From Vulcanimicrobiota bacterium (GTDB lineage: Bacteria > Vulcanimicrobiota > Xenobia > Xenobiales > JADMJV01), in contig JBFWNU010000003.1 in assembly GCA_050250895.1 (NCBI GenBank), positions 32,001-96,000 on the forward strand: a stretch of 64,000 nucleotides of DNA, read 5' to 3'. The notes under the pieces are model-generated. The model worked only from the letters and a program-made list of their open reading frames with translations, did not search any database and was not told the origin of the DNA. Positions 49,026-57,710 of this stretch are shown in pieces. Made by a program: the position numbers and the translations under genes. Each line of letters begins with the position of its first letter. Positions within the stretch are counted from its first letter, which is position 1.

Positions 49026-49949
49026 ATGCCCACTCTCAAACTTCCCGATACAGAAACCGTGCTAGCTTCTTTGTCGGCTGTAGCCTCAGAGCACGTTTCG
49101 GAGGAGACGGTCTCGTTTAACCTGCCGGTGGCCGACTGTCCCGCAGTGCTCGACCCTTATAACCAGCGCCTGAAGGTCTATGACCTCGGCGCTGGCGAGT
49201 TGACAGCTAGCCTGGCCGAGGTGGGGGAGGGCTCCACCGACCTGATCGGCAAAGTGACGGCTTATGCCCTTCCAGGGGACGGGCGCGACTGGACCGAGAT
49301 GGGTTTTCGGCGCGAAGCTGTCATTCGAGGCTTCTATTCTGACGGCGTCGACGCTCACCTGTGGGCCGCCTACGCCGACCCGGAACGCCTCACTTCGGCC
49401 AACGAGCCGGTGCATCAGGCCGGGGTGGCCATCGCCCAGTCGAAAGGGCGGTTGCTGGCGCCCGAGTTGCCGGAGGGCTTCGACTGCCGTATCGCCGAGC
49501 CCGGTGACGCCGAACAGATCGCCGGCTTGATGGCCCAGACCTTTGAAGACTATCCCACCCCCATCGAAAGCGAGTTGATCAACGAGCAGATTCGCACGCT
49601 CGCCAACCATTTTCGAGTGGTAGAGGATAACGAGGGACAACTGGCGGCGGTGGCCTCAGCCGAGATCGACCACAGTCGGGCTTCGGCCGAGATGACCGAC
49701 TGCGCGACCCGCCTCGACCTGCGGGGTAAAGGCCTGATGGCCTACATCCTCGACCGCCTCGAGCGCGACTTGCGGAGCCGGTTCGGCATCACTGACCTCT
49801 ACACTCTGGCCAGGGCCGACGAGATCGGTATGAACTGCGTGTTTTCCAAGCTGGGCTATGACTTTTCGGGCCGCCTGATCAATAACTGCCGTATGCCCAA
49901 CGGCTGGGAATCGATGAACGTCTGGTGCAAAAGCGCCGTGCCTATCTGA
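49026..49949 (+). CDS. Putative beta-lysine N-acetyltransferase (AblB-like GNAT)
   Basis: DPYNQRLK, F..YP.PI, AEMTDCAT, RGKGL, LYTLARA...GMN, GRLINNC and ESMNVW; GGAGG SD. Confidence 0.82.
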   Translation: MPTLKLPDTETVLASLSAVASEHVSEETVSFNLPVADCPAVLDPYNQRLKVYDLGAGELTASLAEVGEGSTDLIGKVTAYALPGDGRDWTEMGFRREAVIRGFYSDGVDAHLWAAYADPERLTSANEPVHQAGVAIAQSKGRLLAPELPEGFDCRIAEPGDAEQIAGLMAQTFEDYPTPIESELINEQIRTLANHFRVVEDNEGQLAAVASAEIDHSRASAEMTDCATRLDLRGKGLMAYILDRLERDLRSRFGITDLYTLARADEIGMNCVFSKLGYDFSGRLINNCRMPNGWESMNVWCKSAVPI

Positions 49950-51394
49950 TTGTCGTCTGGCTCGCCCTGGCCGGCCTGGCCTGGGGCCAGGAGGGCGAGC
50001 TGAGGATGGCCATGTCGGGGGCTTTCGCGCCCTTCTCGACCATCGACGAACAGGGCCAACTGGTGGGGTTTGACGCCGACATCGCTCGGGCGCTTGCCAC
50101 CGCCATGGACCGGCGCGCTGTGCTGGTCCAGGTGGACTGGAGCGGCATCCAGGCCGGGCTGCAGAGTGGCAAATACGACCTCATCTGTGGCTCCATGGCC
50201 ATCACCCCCGAGCGCCTCGAGCGTATGCACTTCTCGCTTCCCTACTACGTCAGCGGAGCCCAGGTCTTCGCTTTCGGGCAGCGCCCGAAGCGGTTTGGGG
50301 TGACCGAGGATTCGACCTACGCCACCTATATTCGCGAGCATCCCCAGCTGTTTGGGCGAGCCGAGGTCGTTTATTACGGCAGCGAAGCCGAGATCCTCAC
50401 GGCCATGCGGGCCGACAAGATCGATGGCTTCGTGTCCGACCGAATCGTGGGAGGCTTCTATTTGTCGCGGGCTGGCGCCCCCGACATCGCGCCTCAGGGT
50501 GACCTTCTCTATCAAGAAGCATGCGGCATCGCGGCCCGGCTCGACGATGCCGAGCTGGTGCGCCAGGTCAACGCCGCCCTGCTGGAGCTGGTTCAGTCGG
50601 GGGAATACGACGCGATCTATCGCAAGTGGGTCGGCTCCGAGCCGGATTTGGACACCCTCTTTCGCCAGTGGGGGGCCTTCTCCAATCACATCCCCCAGGA
50701 CGGACAGGCCGGGCCCTCCACCCCCGGCCACAGCCAGAGCGGATGGGGAGACACCCTCACCTTGTTGGCCCGAGGAGCCCTGCTGACCATCGAACTCTCG
50801 CTCTTGACGGCCGGTCTGTCGCTGTTCACGGGTCTGGTGTTGGGCTTGGGGACCGTCTCGCCCAGCCCGGCTCTAGAGCGCCTCTCCCGCGGATACGTGG
50901 CCCTGGTGCGCGGCACTCCGCTGCTGGTCCAACTGTTCCTCAGCTATTTCGTGGTGGCCACCACGGTCAACCGGCTGGCCGGCTTCGAGCTGATGGGCGC
51001 CTTCTTGGCCGCCCTGCTAGCTCTGGTCGTCAACACCACCGCCTACAACGGCGAAACGATTCGGGGCGGCATCCAGGCTGTCGACGCGGGCCAGTGGGAT
51101 GCCGCCTATTCCTTGGGAATGACCCGGGCCAGGACGCTGCGCCGGGTCATCTTGCCCCAGGCGCTGCGCAACTCCATCCCGTCGTTGGGAAACAATCTGG
51201 TGGTGCTGGTCAAGGATACCTCACTGGTCGGCGCCATCACCCTCATCGAGCTGACGTACGCGGCCCGCAACGTGGTCTTCCAGACCGGCCAGGCTTTCGG
51301 GCCCTTCCTGCTGGCGGCCGCCTTCTATCTGGTCATCATCTCGGGGTTATCGTGGGCCGTGGGCAGCTGGGAGAAACGGTTGGCCACTCCGTGA
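49925..51394 (+). CDS. Polar amino-acid ABC transporter, substrate-binding plus permease fusion
   Basis: GFD.DIA, ITPER, RGTPLLVQL, GQWDAA..LG and KDTSL motifs. Confidence 0.9.
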   Translation: MQKRRAYLIVVWLALAGLAWGQEGELRMAMSGAFAPFSTIDEQGQLVGFDADIARALATAMDRRAVLVQVDWSGIQAGLQSGKYDLICGSMAITPERLERMHFSLPYYVSGAQVFAFGQRPKRFGVTEDSTYATYIREHPQLFGRAEVVYYGSEAEILTAMRADKIDGFVSDRIVGGFYLSRAGAPDIAPQGDLLYQEACGIAARLDDAELVRQVNAALLELVQSGEYDAIYRKWVGSEPDLDTLFRQWGAFSNHIPQDGQAGPSTPGHSQSGWGDTLTLLARGALLTIELSLLTAGLSLFTGLVLGLGTVSPSPALERLSRGYVALVRGTPLLVQLFLSYFVVATTVNRLAGFELMGAFLAALLALVVNTTAYNGETIRGGIQAVDAGQWDAAYSLGMTRARTLRRVILPQALRNSIPSLGNNLVVLVKDTSLVGAITLIELTYAARNVVFQTGQAFGPFLLAAAFYLVIISGLSWAVGSWEKRLATP

Positions 51395-52125
51395 TGCAGC
51401 TGGCTGCCCGAGGCATTCACAAGAATTTCGGAGACCTCGAGGTCCTGCGGGGGGTAGACCTCGAAGTCGCTCAGGGAGAAGTCGTGACGCTGATCGGCCC
51501 CTCGGGCTCGGGCAAGAGCACCCTGCTTCGGTGTTTGAATCTACTCGAGATACCCAATCAGGGCTCGCTTTTTTGGGAAGGCGAACAGTTCGATTTCCGC
51601 ACTTGCAGCGAAGCGGCCCTGGCCCGCCACCGCACGCGGATGGGGATGGTCTTCCAGCACTTTCACCTGTTCCCCCACCTGACTGCCCTCGAGAATGTCA
51701 CCGAGGCGCCCCGCCAGGTGTTGGGATTAACCCGGGAGGAGGCCCGGGGCCGAGCGGCCGAGCTATTGGCTCGAGTGGGTCTGGCCGAAAAAGAATCGGC
51801 CCACCCGTCTCAGTTGTCGGGTGGGCAAAAGCAGCGCGTGGCCATCGCTCGCGCTCTGGCCATGCAGCCAAAGGCGTTACTGCTGGACGAGGTCACCAGC
51901 GCTCTCGATGTCGAGATGGTGGCTGGCATCAATCAGTTGCTGGGCGAGCTGGCCGAATCCATGACCATGGTGGTGGTGACCCACGACCTGGGCTTTGCCA
52001 GTAAGGTGTCCGACCGAATCTGCTTCATGGACAAAGGGAGGCTCCTGGAAACAGGGCCTCCCTCTGAGGTGCTGGACTCGCCAGCCAGCCCGAGAGCTCG
52101 GGAATTCTTGTCGGCTTTGCGCTAA
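51394..52125 (+). CDS. Polar amino-acid ABC transporter ATP-binding protein
   Basis: GPSGSGKS, LSGGQKQR and LLDE motifs; likely start MQLAARG at 51394. Confidence 0.92.
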   Translation: MQLAARGIHKNFGDLEVLRGVDLEVAQGEVVTLIGPSGSGKSTLLRCLNLLEIPNQGSLFWEGEQFDFRTCSEAALARHRTRMGMVFQHFHLFPHLTALENVTEAPRQVLGLTREEARGRAAELLARVGLAEKESAHPSQLSGGQKQRVAIARALAMQPKALLLDEVTSALDVEMVAGINQLLGELAESMTMVVVTHDLGFASKVSDRICFMDKGRLLETGPPSEVLDSPASPRAREFLSALR

Positions 52126-52616
52126 GCTGCGTTGGCGCTTGAACAACAGGTCGTCAGACGTTCGTTCATCGCTTCCGGAGTGGTGCCCAGCGCCACGGCC
52201 AATTCTTCGGCCAGCAGGGCCAAAGAACGATCCAGTTGTCTCTGATCGGAGGAGTTTAGGCGGCCCTTCTTTTCTTGTAAGACGGTCAAGCCTTTGACGA
52301 TGTGGGATAGCTCCATGGGGTCGCCGCTCTCGAGTCGTTCTTGATTGCGGCGGTTACGGGTCTTCCACTCCTTGGCCAGATTACCGTCCCACTCCTTGAG
52401 GTGGGTCAGTACCTCGCGGGCCGCGGACTCATCCATGGGGGAGCGGACTTTGTCCGGCAGGTCCCCGATTGGAACCATCATGTCCAACTGTTCTCGTTCG
52501 AAGTACAAAATGGCGAAAGTGATCTTGGAACCTAGCAGCTCCTTGACCTGGATGTCCTGAATGGTTCCGATTCCGTGCAGGGAATGGTGCACGGTATCTC
52601 CCTTGGTGAAATTCAA
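52122..52616 (-). CDS. carD: CarD family transcriptional regulator
   Basis: F.KGD.V.H..HGIG.I..I and W..R motifs; GGAG SD before TTG 52616. Confidence 0.8.
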   Translation of the reverse strand: MNFTKGDTVHHSLHGIGTIQDIQVKELLGSKITFAILYFEREQLDMMVPIGDLPDKVRSPMDESAAREVLTHLKEWDGNLAKEWKTRNRRNQERLESGDPMELSHIVKGLTVLQEKKGRLNSSDQRQLDRSLALLAEELAVALGTTPEAMNERLTTCCSSANAA

Positions 52617-52638
52617 ATGTATCTCAGCTCCTTCTAAC

Positions 52639-52818
52639 TTAGTTTCGTCGGGCAGCCCGACGTTTGGCCCTCTCGATGGCCCGCTTGCGTTTCTCGCTAG
52701 GCTTTTCATAGTATGCCCGGCGTTTGATCTCGGCCAGGATCCCGTCGCGTTGACACTGGCGTCGGAAGCGCCGCAACGCCTTTTCGAGGGGTTCTCCTTG
52801 TTCGATTTGGATTTCCAA
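52639..52818 (-). CDS. rpsU: 30S ribosomal protein S21
   Basis: GE.LEKALRRF and YYEKPSEKR motifs. Confidence 0.92.
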   Translation of the reverse strand: MEIQIEQGEPLEKALRRFRRQCQRDGILAEIKRRAYYEKPSEKRKRAIERAKRRAARRN

Positions 52819-52841
52819 AAACTCACCCTTTCCTTGTGAAG

Positions 52842-52944
52842 ATTGCATAAAAAAACCGGTGGAGTCGTCGCTGGCTCAGGAGGCGGACACAGGTGTGCCC
52901 CCCCAGGCCCTCGATTTTCTCACCGGATTTACAATGCCATTATA
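52842..52944 (-). promoter_or_regulatory. Sigma70-type -10 box and long hairpin 5' leader of rpsU-carD
   Basis: TATAAT on the minus strand at 52944-52939, then an imperfect rod CCGGTG...GCACA-CC-TGTGT...CACCGG followed by T7. Confidence 0.55.
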
Positions 52945-52953
52945 ACTAATATT

Positions 52954-52986
52954 AACATAAATTTGCCTAAACTGCAAATTTATGTT
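52954..52986. promoter_or_regulatory. Perfect AT-rich inverted repeat (13-bp arms, 7-nt spacer)
   Basis: AACATAAATTTGC-CTAAACT-GCAAATTTATGTT. Confidence 0.7.
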
Positions 52987-53023
52987 TTGGATATCTATGG
53001 CAAATATTTCTTGTTTCTGGTGC

Positions 53024-54307
53024 TCAGCTGCCGGGTTTGGTGTCTCTCCCCACCCAGCGAGGGGAAAGCAACTCTTCCAACCCTTCCTTGAGTTGCGGGT
53101 CGTCGGCGGCCCAAAGTTGAGACAGCGTGCCGGTCACTTCGCGGTCCGGCTCGAGCCCCAGTCCATTGATATCTACATCGCTCGGAGTGCGGTAGTGGGC
53201 TGTGGTCAACTTCAGGGCTGTCCCGTCCCCCAGTTGAACCACCCGCTGGACGGTGGCCTTGCCGAAGCTGCGATGCCCCAACAAGGTCGCCAGGTGATGT
53301 TCGCGCAAGGCGGCCGCAGTGACTTCCGCCGCGCTCGCGGTGTGTTCATTGACCAGCACCACCAGCGGTGCGCGAAAAACCTGGCTGCAATGAAGCGTGT
53401 TGTGATACTCCCGCCGTCCCTCACGATCTACCACCGAGACGACCCGTTGTCCGTCCGGAAGAAGATTCGAGCAAACCTCGACGGCCGATTGCAGATAGCC
53501 GCCGCCATTGTTGCGCAGGTCGAGCACCAGCCCTTCGACGGACTCCTTGCGTAGCTCATCCAGGGCTTTTCGAAATTCTTGGGCGGTTGAAGCTCCGAAG
53601 ACCCGAATGCGCACGTAGCCCAGACGATGCCCGTCGCGTTTCAAGAGGCGATGGTAAACGGTCGGTCGGGTCAAGGGAGCCCTCGTCAGGGTCAACTCTT
53701 TGGTCGCTCCTGCACGGTCGAAGGCGATCGCGACCGGGGTGCCAGGCTCGCCGGCCAGACCGGCCCGAGTCGCTTCGACCCCGATCTCGTTGCAGGCCTG
53801 CGACCCCACGCTCAGGAGCACGTCACCTACCTTCAGTCCAGCTTTGGATGCGGGAGAGTCTTCAAACACATCCAGCACTAGCAGGCCCTGGGGGGCTGAC
53901 TGGTCGGATACCACATAAAGCCCCAGGCCTCCGGCCCGATCGGCCTCGAGCGAACTCAGCAATAGCCGAAACTCGCCCTGATCAAGATAGGCCGTGTACT
54001 GGTCGCCGACGCGGGCTACGGCACCTCGCAAGGCGGCATCGCACAGTTGCGGATGGCGGCGCACCAGTTCCATCACTTGCTGGGCTGGTGTGCCCTGGGA
54101 AGGCTTCCATTCGAGGCCTAGCCGCTCGGCTTCACGCCTGGCGCCCTCGAGGGCCCCGGTCATCAGTTCCCCCTCCTGCAGGCGATTCATGTGACGACTC
54201 TGCAGCAAACGCAGCGTCCGTTCGACCTTTTCGCAAGGTTCGGCCAGACCGGGCAACGTCAACCATAGTAATACCCAGACCATCAACACGCATCGGAAAA
54301 CCTTCAC
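53024..54307 (-). CDS. S41 family carboxyl-terminal processing protease (CtpA-like)
   Basis: Signal peptide, PDZ domain, LDLRNNGGG, TASAAE and GKATVQ. Confidence 0.92.
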   Translation of the reverse strand: MKVFRCVLMVWVLLWLTLPGLAEPCEKVERTLRLLQSRHMNRLQEGELMTGALEGARREAERLGLEWKPSQGTPAQQVMELVRRHPQLCDAALRGAVARVGDQYTAYLDQGEFRLLLSSLEADRAGGLGLYVVSDQSAPQGLLVLDVFEDSPASKAGLKVGDVLLSVGSQACNEIGVEATRAGLAGEPGTPVAIAFDRAGATKELTLTRAPLTRPTVYHRLLKRDGHRLGYVRIRVFGASTAQEFRKALDELRKESVEGLVLDLRNNGGGYLQSAVEVCSNLLPDGQRVVSVVDREGRREYHNTLHCSQVFRAPLVVLVNEHTASAAEVTAAALREHHLATLLGHRSFGKATVQRVVQLGDGTALKLTTAHYRTPSDVDINGLGLEPDREVTGTLSQLWAADDPQLKEGLEELLSPRWVGRDTKPGS

Positions 54308-54447
54308 CCATATACTCCCGCTCCAAAATTAGAGCCCCAAATCGGGGCTCTCTAATGTATTGAGCACGCAACCGCTTGAGCCCTCCCTATTCTTCGGGAA
54401 TTCTTTTCGCGCAGGCTAGCCCGCTCGGCACGCCGAACCAGGCAGCC

Positions 54448-55173
54448 ATGGCTTCAGGCTGGATTCCGCCGGGCTGGGAGTTGCCCGAAGAACTGCGCGA
54501 AAGACTCGGCGATGGGGTAGGTCGTCAGCGCGCCATGCTGGCCAACGAGCACCTGTTGCTGGTGTTGCACGCCCCTCCCGCGCCTGACCAGGACGAACGG
54601 GTGGGCCGGGCCTTCTGGCGGCGCCCCGATGGCAGCTGGAAGGCTAATTTCGGCAAAGGGTTCGAGGGGCTCAAAGCCCACCTCAAGGAATACCAGCAGA
54701 GGATCGACGAACTCGAGAAGATCGAAGCGGCTGCCAGCGACTCTCAGGCTTATTTCCAGGTGATGGCCGCCATCACCCCGGTGCATCGGGCCATCCGCCA
54801 CGGCCACGAGGCCCTGCAACAGGCCCGCGAGTTCGTCTCTAAAGACCGGCGACTGGTCACCGCCCGCGATGACGCCTACGCTCTTGAGCGAGCGGCCGAA
54901 CTGCTTTTAACCGACACGCGCAACTCCTTTGACCTGCACGTGGCCCAGCAGACCGAGGTCATGACGCGTCAGGGCCATGAGTTGGCCGTGTCGGGACATC
55001 GGCTCAACCTGTTGGCCGCCATGTTCTTGCCCATGGCCACACTGGCTTCGGTGCTGGGCATGAACCTCAAGACCGGCCTCGAGAACTCTGACCCCCCCTA
55101 TCTCTTCCTGGCCGCGCTCGGGCTGGGTGCGCTCCTCGGCTTCGTGCTCAAACTCTGGCTCGACCGGCGCTAG
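54448..55173 (+). CDS. CorA family divalent cation transporter (short form)
   Basis: C-terminal FLP....SVLGMN signature plus 2 TMs. Confidence 0.75.
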   Translation: MASGWIPPGWELPEELRERLGDGVGRQRAMLANEHLLLVLHAPPAPDQDERVGRAFWRRPDGSWKANFGKGFEGLKAHLKEYQQRIDELEKIEAAASDSQAYFQVMAAITPVHRAIRHGHEALQQAREFVSKDRRLVTARDDAYALERAAELLLTDTRNSFDLHVAQQTEVMTRQGHELAVSGHRLNLLAAMFLPMATLASVLGMNLKTGLENSDPPYLFLAALGLGALLGFVLKLWLDRR

Positions 55174-55206
55174 GGGATTCTCAGCGGTGGCGCCGAACGC
55201 CAGCCT

Positions 55207-56205
55207 ATGACCAAATTTGCTTATTTCTGCGGCCACGAGCAGTGGCAACCCGAACAACTCGTCGAGCACGCCAAACTAGCCGAGCAGGCCGGCTTTGACA
55301 TGTGTGTCGTCTCTGAGCACTTTCATCCCTGGGTCGATGACGCCTCGGCGGCAGGTTTCGCCTGGTCGACCATCGGCGCCATGGCCGCCACCACCTCGAA
55401 GCTGGCCTTTTCCACCGGTGTGACCACGCCCTTATGGCGCTACCACCCGGCTCTGGTGGCCCAGGCCTCGGCTACCCTCGATCGGCTCTCGGGCGGTCGT
55501 TTCAACCTGGGAGTGGGCACCGGCGAGAACATCAACGAAGGACCTCTCGGCTACACCTTCCCCAAATACAAGGAGCGCAATGAGCGCATGACCGAAGCCC
55601 TCGAGATCATGCGCCGCCTGCTCGACGGCGAGAAGCTCACCTTCAAAGGCAAGTATTACCAGACCGATAGGGCCAAGCTCTATAGCCCACCCCTGGGCCC
55701 GGTGCCCATCTGGATGGCGGCCGGCGGTCCCAAGTCGGCCGCCCTGGCCGGCCGCATGGCCCAGGGTTTGATCATCTCGGTCAAGGACCCCAAAGCGGCC
55801 ATCGAGGACGTGATCACCCCGGCCCGCCAGGCGGCCGAAGAGGCCGGCAAGCCCCGCCCCAAGGTGATGACTTCGCGCTGGTCGATCTATGCGGCCAATG
55901 ATGACGAAGCGTGGAAAGCCCTTTACTCTTGGCGCGGTCTGCGGGCCCCGGGCCGCCTCGAGGCGGTCGATCCCCAGACGCTGCGCGAGAAGGCCGACGA
56001 GCTTCCCCGCGAAGAGGTGCTGGGCCGCTATTCTCGCTGCCCCAACGCCGAGGAGATCGTGAAGGTCTATGAGCCTCTGGTGAAAGACATCGAGGCCGAC
56101 GTGGTCACGTTGCAGATGGCCGCCGTCGACCAACCCGGCCTGATCAAGCTGCTGGGCGAGAAGGTCCTGCCCGCTCTGCGCGAGATGGCCGCCGCCAAGG
56201 TCTGA
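55207..56205 (+). CDS. F420-dependent LLM-class oxidoreductase (G6PDH/Fgd-like family)
   Basis: HEQW.P, SEHFHPW, GVTTP, VAQA.AT, GVGTGE..NE and AAGGP motifs. Confidence 0.85.
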   Translation: MTKFAYFCGHEQWQPEQLVEHAKLAEQAGFDMCVVSEHFHPWVDDASAAGFAWSTIGAMAATTSKLAFSTGVTTPLWRYHPALVAQASATLDRLSGGRFNLGVGTGENINEGPLGYTFPKYKERNERMTEALEIMRRLLDGEKLTFKGKYYQTDRAKLYSPPLGPVPIWMAAGGPKSAALAGRMAQGLIISVKDPKAAIEDVITPARQAAEEAGKPRPKVMTSRWSIYAANDDEAWKALYSWRGLRAPGRLEAVDPQTLREKADELPREEVLGRYSRCPNAEEIVKVYEPLVKDIEADVVTLQMAAVDQPGLIKLLGEKVLPALREMAAAKV

Positions 56206-56255
56206 GGCCCGCGGACTAGCCAGGGTTTCCCGACCGCAAGTCGGAAAAAGTCACC

Positions 56256-56930
56256 ATGGAACTTCTGAGACTGGCCGACTTTCGTCCCTCGGCTTCGGCC
56301 GAGACCTTCGCCTGGTCGGGCCCGGGTAAGCTTGTGCCGGTAGGCATCTTCCTGGGGCTGACCGGGTTCTCGGGTTGGCAACTGCTGGCCTCCCAGCGAC
56401 TGGTCGACATGCCCACCTTTGCCTGGTGCCTGATGACCGGCACCTTTGCTCTGTTCTTCTGGGTCGCGCTGGCCCAGGCCCGGGCCGCCTTCGGTCCCAA
56501 TGCCTGGGTGGCGGTGGTCGACCGGGACCGACTCTGGCTCAAGCTGCGCTCGCCTCTCAACGCGCGTCTCGGCCAGCCCGATGATTTCCAGGTCGTATCC
56601 ATTCCGTGGTCAGGGATTGTCTGGTCGCAGCCTGTCCTGGTGCAAACCCTCTCGACCCACGCCCGCGAGAACAAAACCGATACCGCCAATTGCCTCGAAC
56701 TGGGCCTTTCCGAGCCCGATTGCGGCAGGCTGGCCCAGGCCCTGGCCGCCGAGCGAGCCTCGCGCCGCAACACCACCTCCCACGGGCATTCCCCCGTGCA
56801 ACTGATCGAGCCCGAGCGGATTCGCCTCGACCTCTACAGCGTGCCCGGCGGGCCCGCCCGGCTGCAAGCCGCTCTGCCCCCCTCGGTCGCGCGACGCGAT
56901 CCTCGCCACGAGAACATCGATTTGCGCTAG
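56256..56930 (+). CDS. Hypothetical membrane protein
   Basis: Two N-terminal TMs; 224 aa. Confidence 0.65.
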   Translation: MELLRLADFRPSASAETFAWSGPGKLVPVGIFLGLTGFSGWQLLASQRLVDMPTFAWCLMTGTFALFFWVALAQARAAFGPNAWVAVVDRDRLWLKLRSPLNARLGQPDDFQVVSIPWSGIVWSQPVLVQTLSTHARENKTDTANCLELGLSEPDCGRLAQALAAERASRRNTTSHGHSPVQLIEPERIRLDLYSVPGGPARLQAALPPSVARRDPRHENIDLR

Positions 56931-56976
56931 TTCCCTTCGGGGCAGCGGTCCTTGGTCGCTTGAGGAAGTAGCTTGG

Positions 56977-57501
56977 ATGGGACCGAAAGCCGCTCTGGCC
57001 ACCAGCTTCGTTTTCCTGGTCTGCCTGTCACTCTTGCAGAGGCCCCTTTCCCCCTCGGCCTCGCGGACAGATTTGTCGCTGAGCGGGCTCAGGCCGGGCT
57101 CCCGGCTTCGGGATGTTCCCCTCCGCTTCGACTATCGCCGAAGACGCGACCTGTTCGCCACCGACACGCTCGAAGGCCTCTGGTTTGCCGGACAGGTGAA
57201 TCACGAGGACAGGATCGTGTGCCTCGAGAGTTCGCGGCTCGACCTCAACGGGCACACCTTGCAGGCTAACCAATGGACGCTGGCCCGCTTCGAGCACACC
57301 TTCGGTCCACCCGACGAGCGCCAGGGCTTGGCCGGCGCTCGACCCACCCTGTCCTACCGCCGCCTCGGCCTTCAGGTGGTCGGCTCGGCCGGCGGGCCCA
57401 TCCTGCTTTTTCGCCTGCGCAGCCAGGCCCTGTTCGACGTTGGCGCCATAATCGGCGTGCTCGAAGAAGACGACGGCCTCGGGTTTTTCCTGCTCCGTTA
57501 A
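56977..57501 (+). CDS. Hypothetical exported protein
   Basis: N-terminal hydrophobic segment; GGAA-N9-ATG class II-like start. An antisense ORF (57028-57537) is also open. Confidence 0.5.
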   Translation: MGPKAALATSFVFLVCLSLLQRPLSPSASRTDLSLSGLRPGSRLRDVPLRFDYRRRRDLFATDTLEGLWFAGQVNHEDRIVCLESSRLDLNGHTLQANQWTLARFEHTFGPPDERQGLAGARPTLSYRRLGLQVVGSAGGPILLFRLRSQALFDVGAIIGVLEEDDGLGFFLLR

Positions 57502-57587
57502 GTTCACAATTCGATCGACGGGAGGGCCTGAGCCCATAGAGAAGGGGCACCAATTCCGGTCTTAGCGACCGAAGACTTGGAGCTACA

Positions 57588-57710
57588 ATGGGCCGTCACG
57601 ATCGACTATTCAAGGAGCTGCTCACGCTCTTTCTCTGTGAATTCCTGGAGCTTTTCTTGCCCGACCTGGCCGAGCTGGTCGATCCATCCTCGGTCGGGCG
57701 AGGCAGCTAG
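57588..57710 (+). pseudogene. Truncated Rpn-family (recombination-promoting nuclease/putative transposase) N-terminus
   Basis: Manual translation MGRHDRLFKELLTLFLCEFLELFLPDLAELVDPSSVGRGS*; GGAG SD; HDRLFKELL is the typical Rpn start. Confidence 0.75.

Noticed and set aside
50521-51393. Long N-terminal extension of the ABC ATPase
   Set aside because: It overlaps the permease in another frame; the likely start is ATG 51394, coupled to the permease stop.
52617-52826. N-terminal extension of CarD
   Set aside because: It overlaps rpsU in another frame; CarD similarity and the SD start at TTG 52616.
57028-57537. Minus-strand ORF with a crystallin-like VVFFEHADY segment
   Set aside because: The motif is isolated, with no second Greek-key repeat. 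The plus-strand ORF has a signal-like N-terminus and a promoter-like motif. The strand call remains uncertain.
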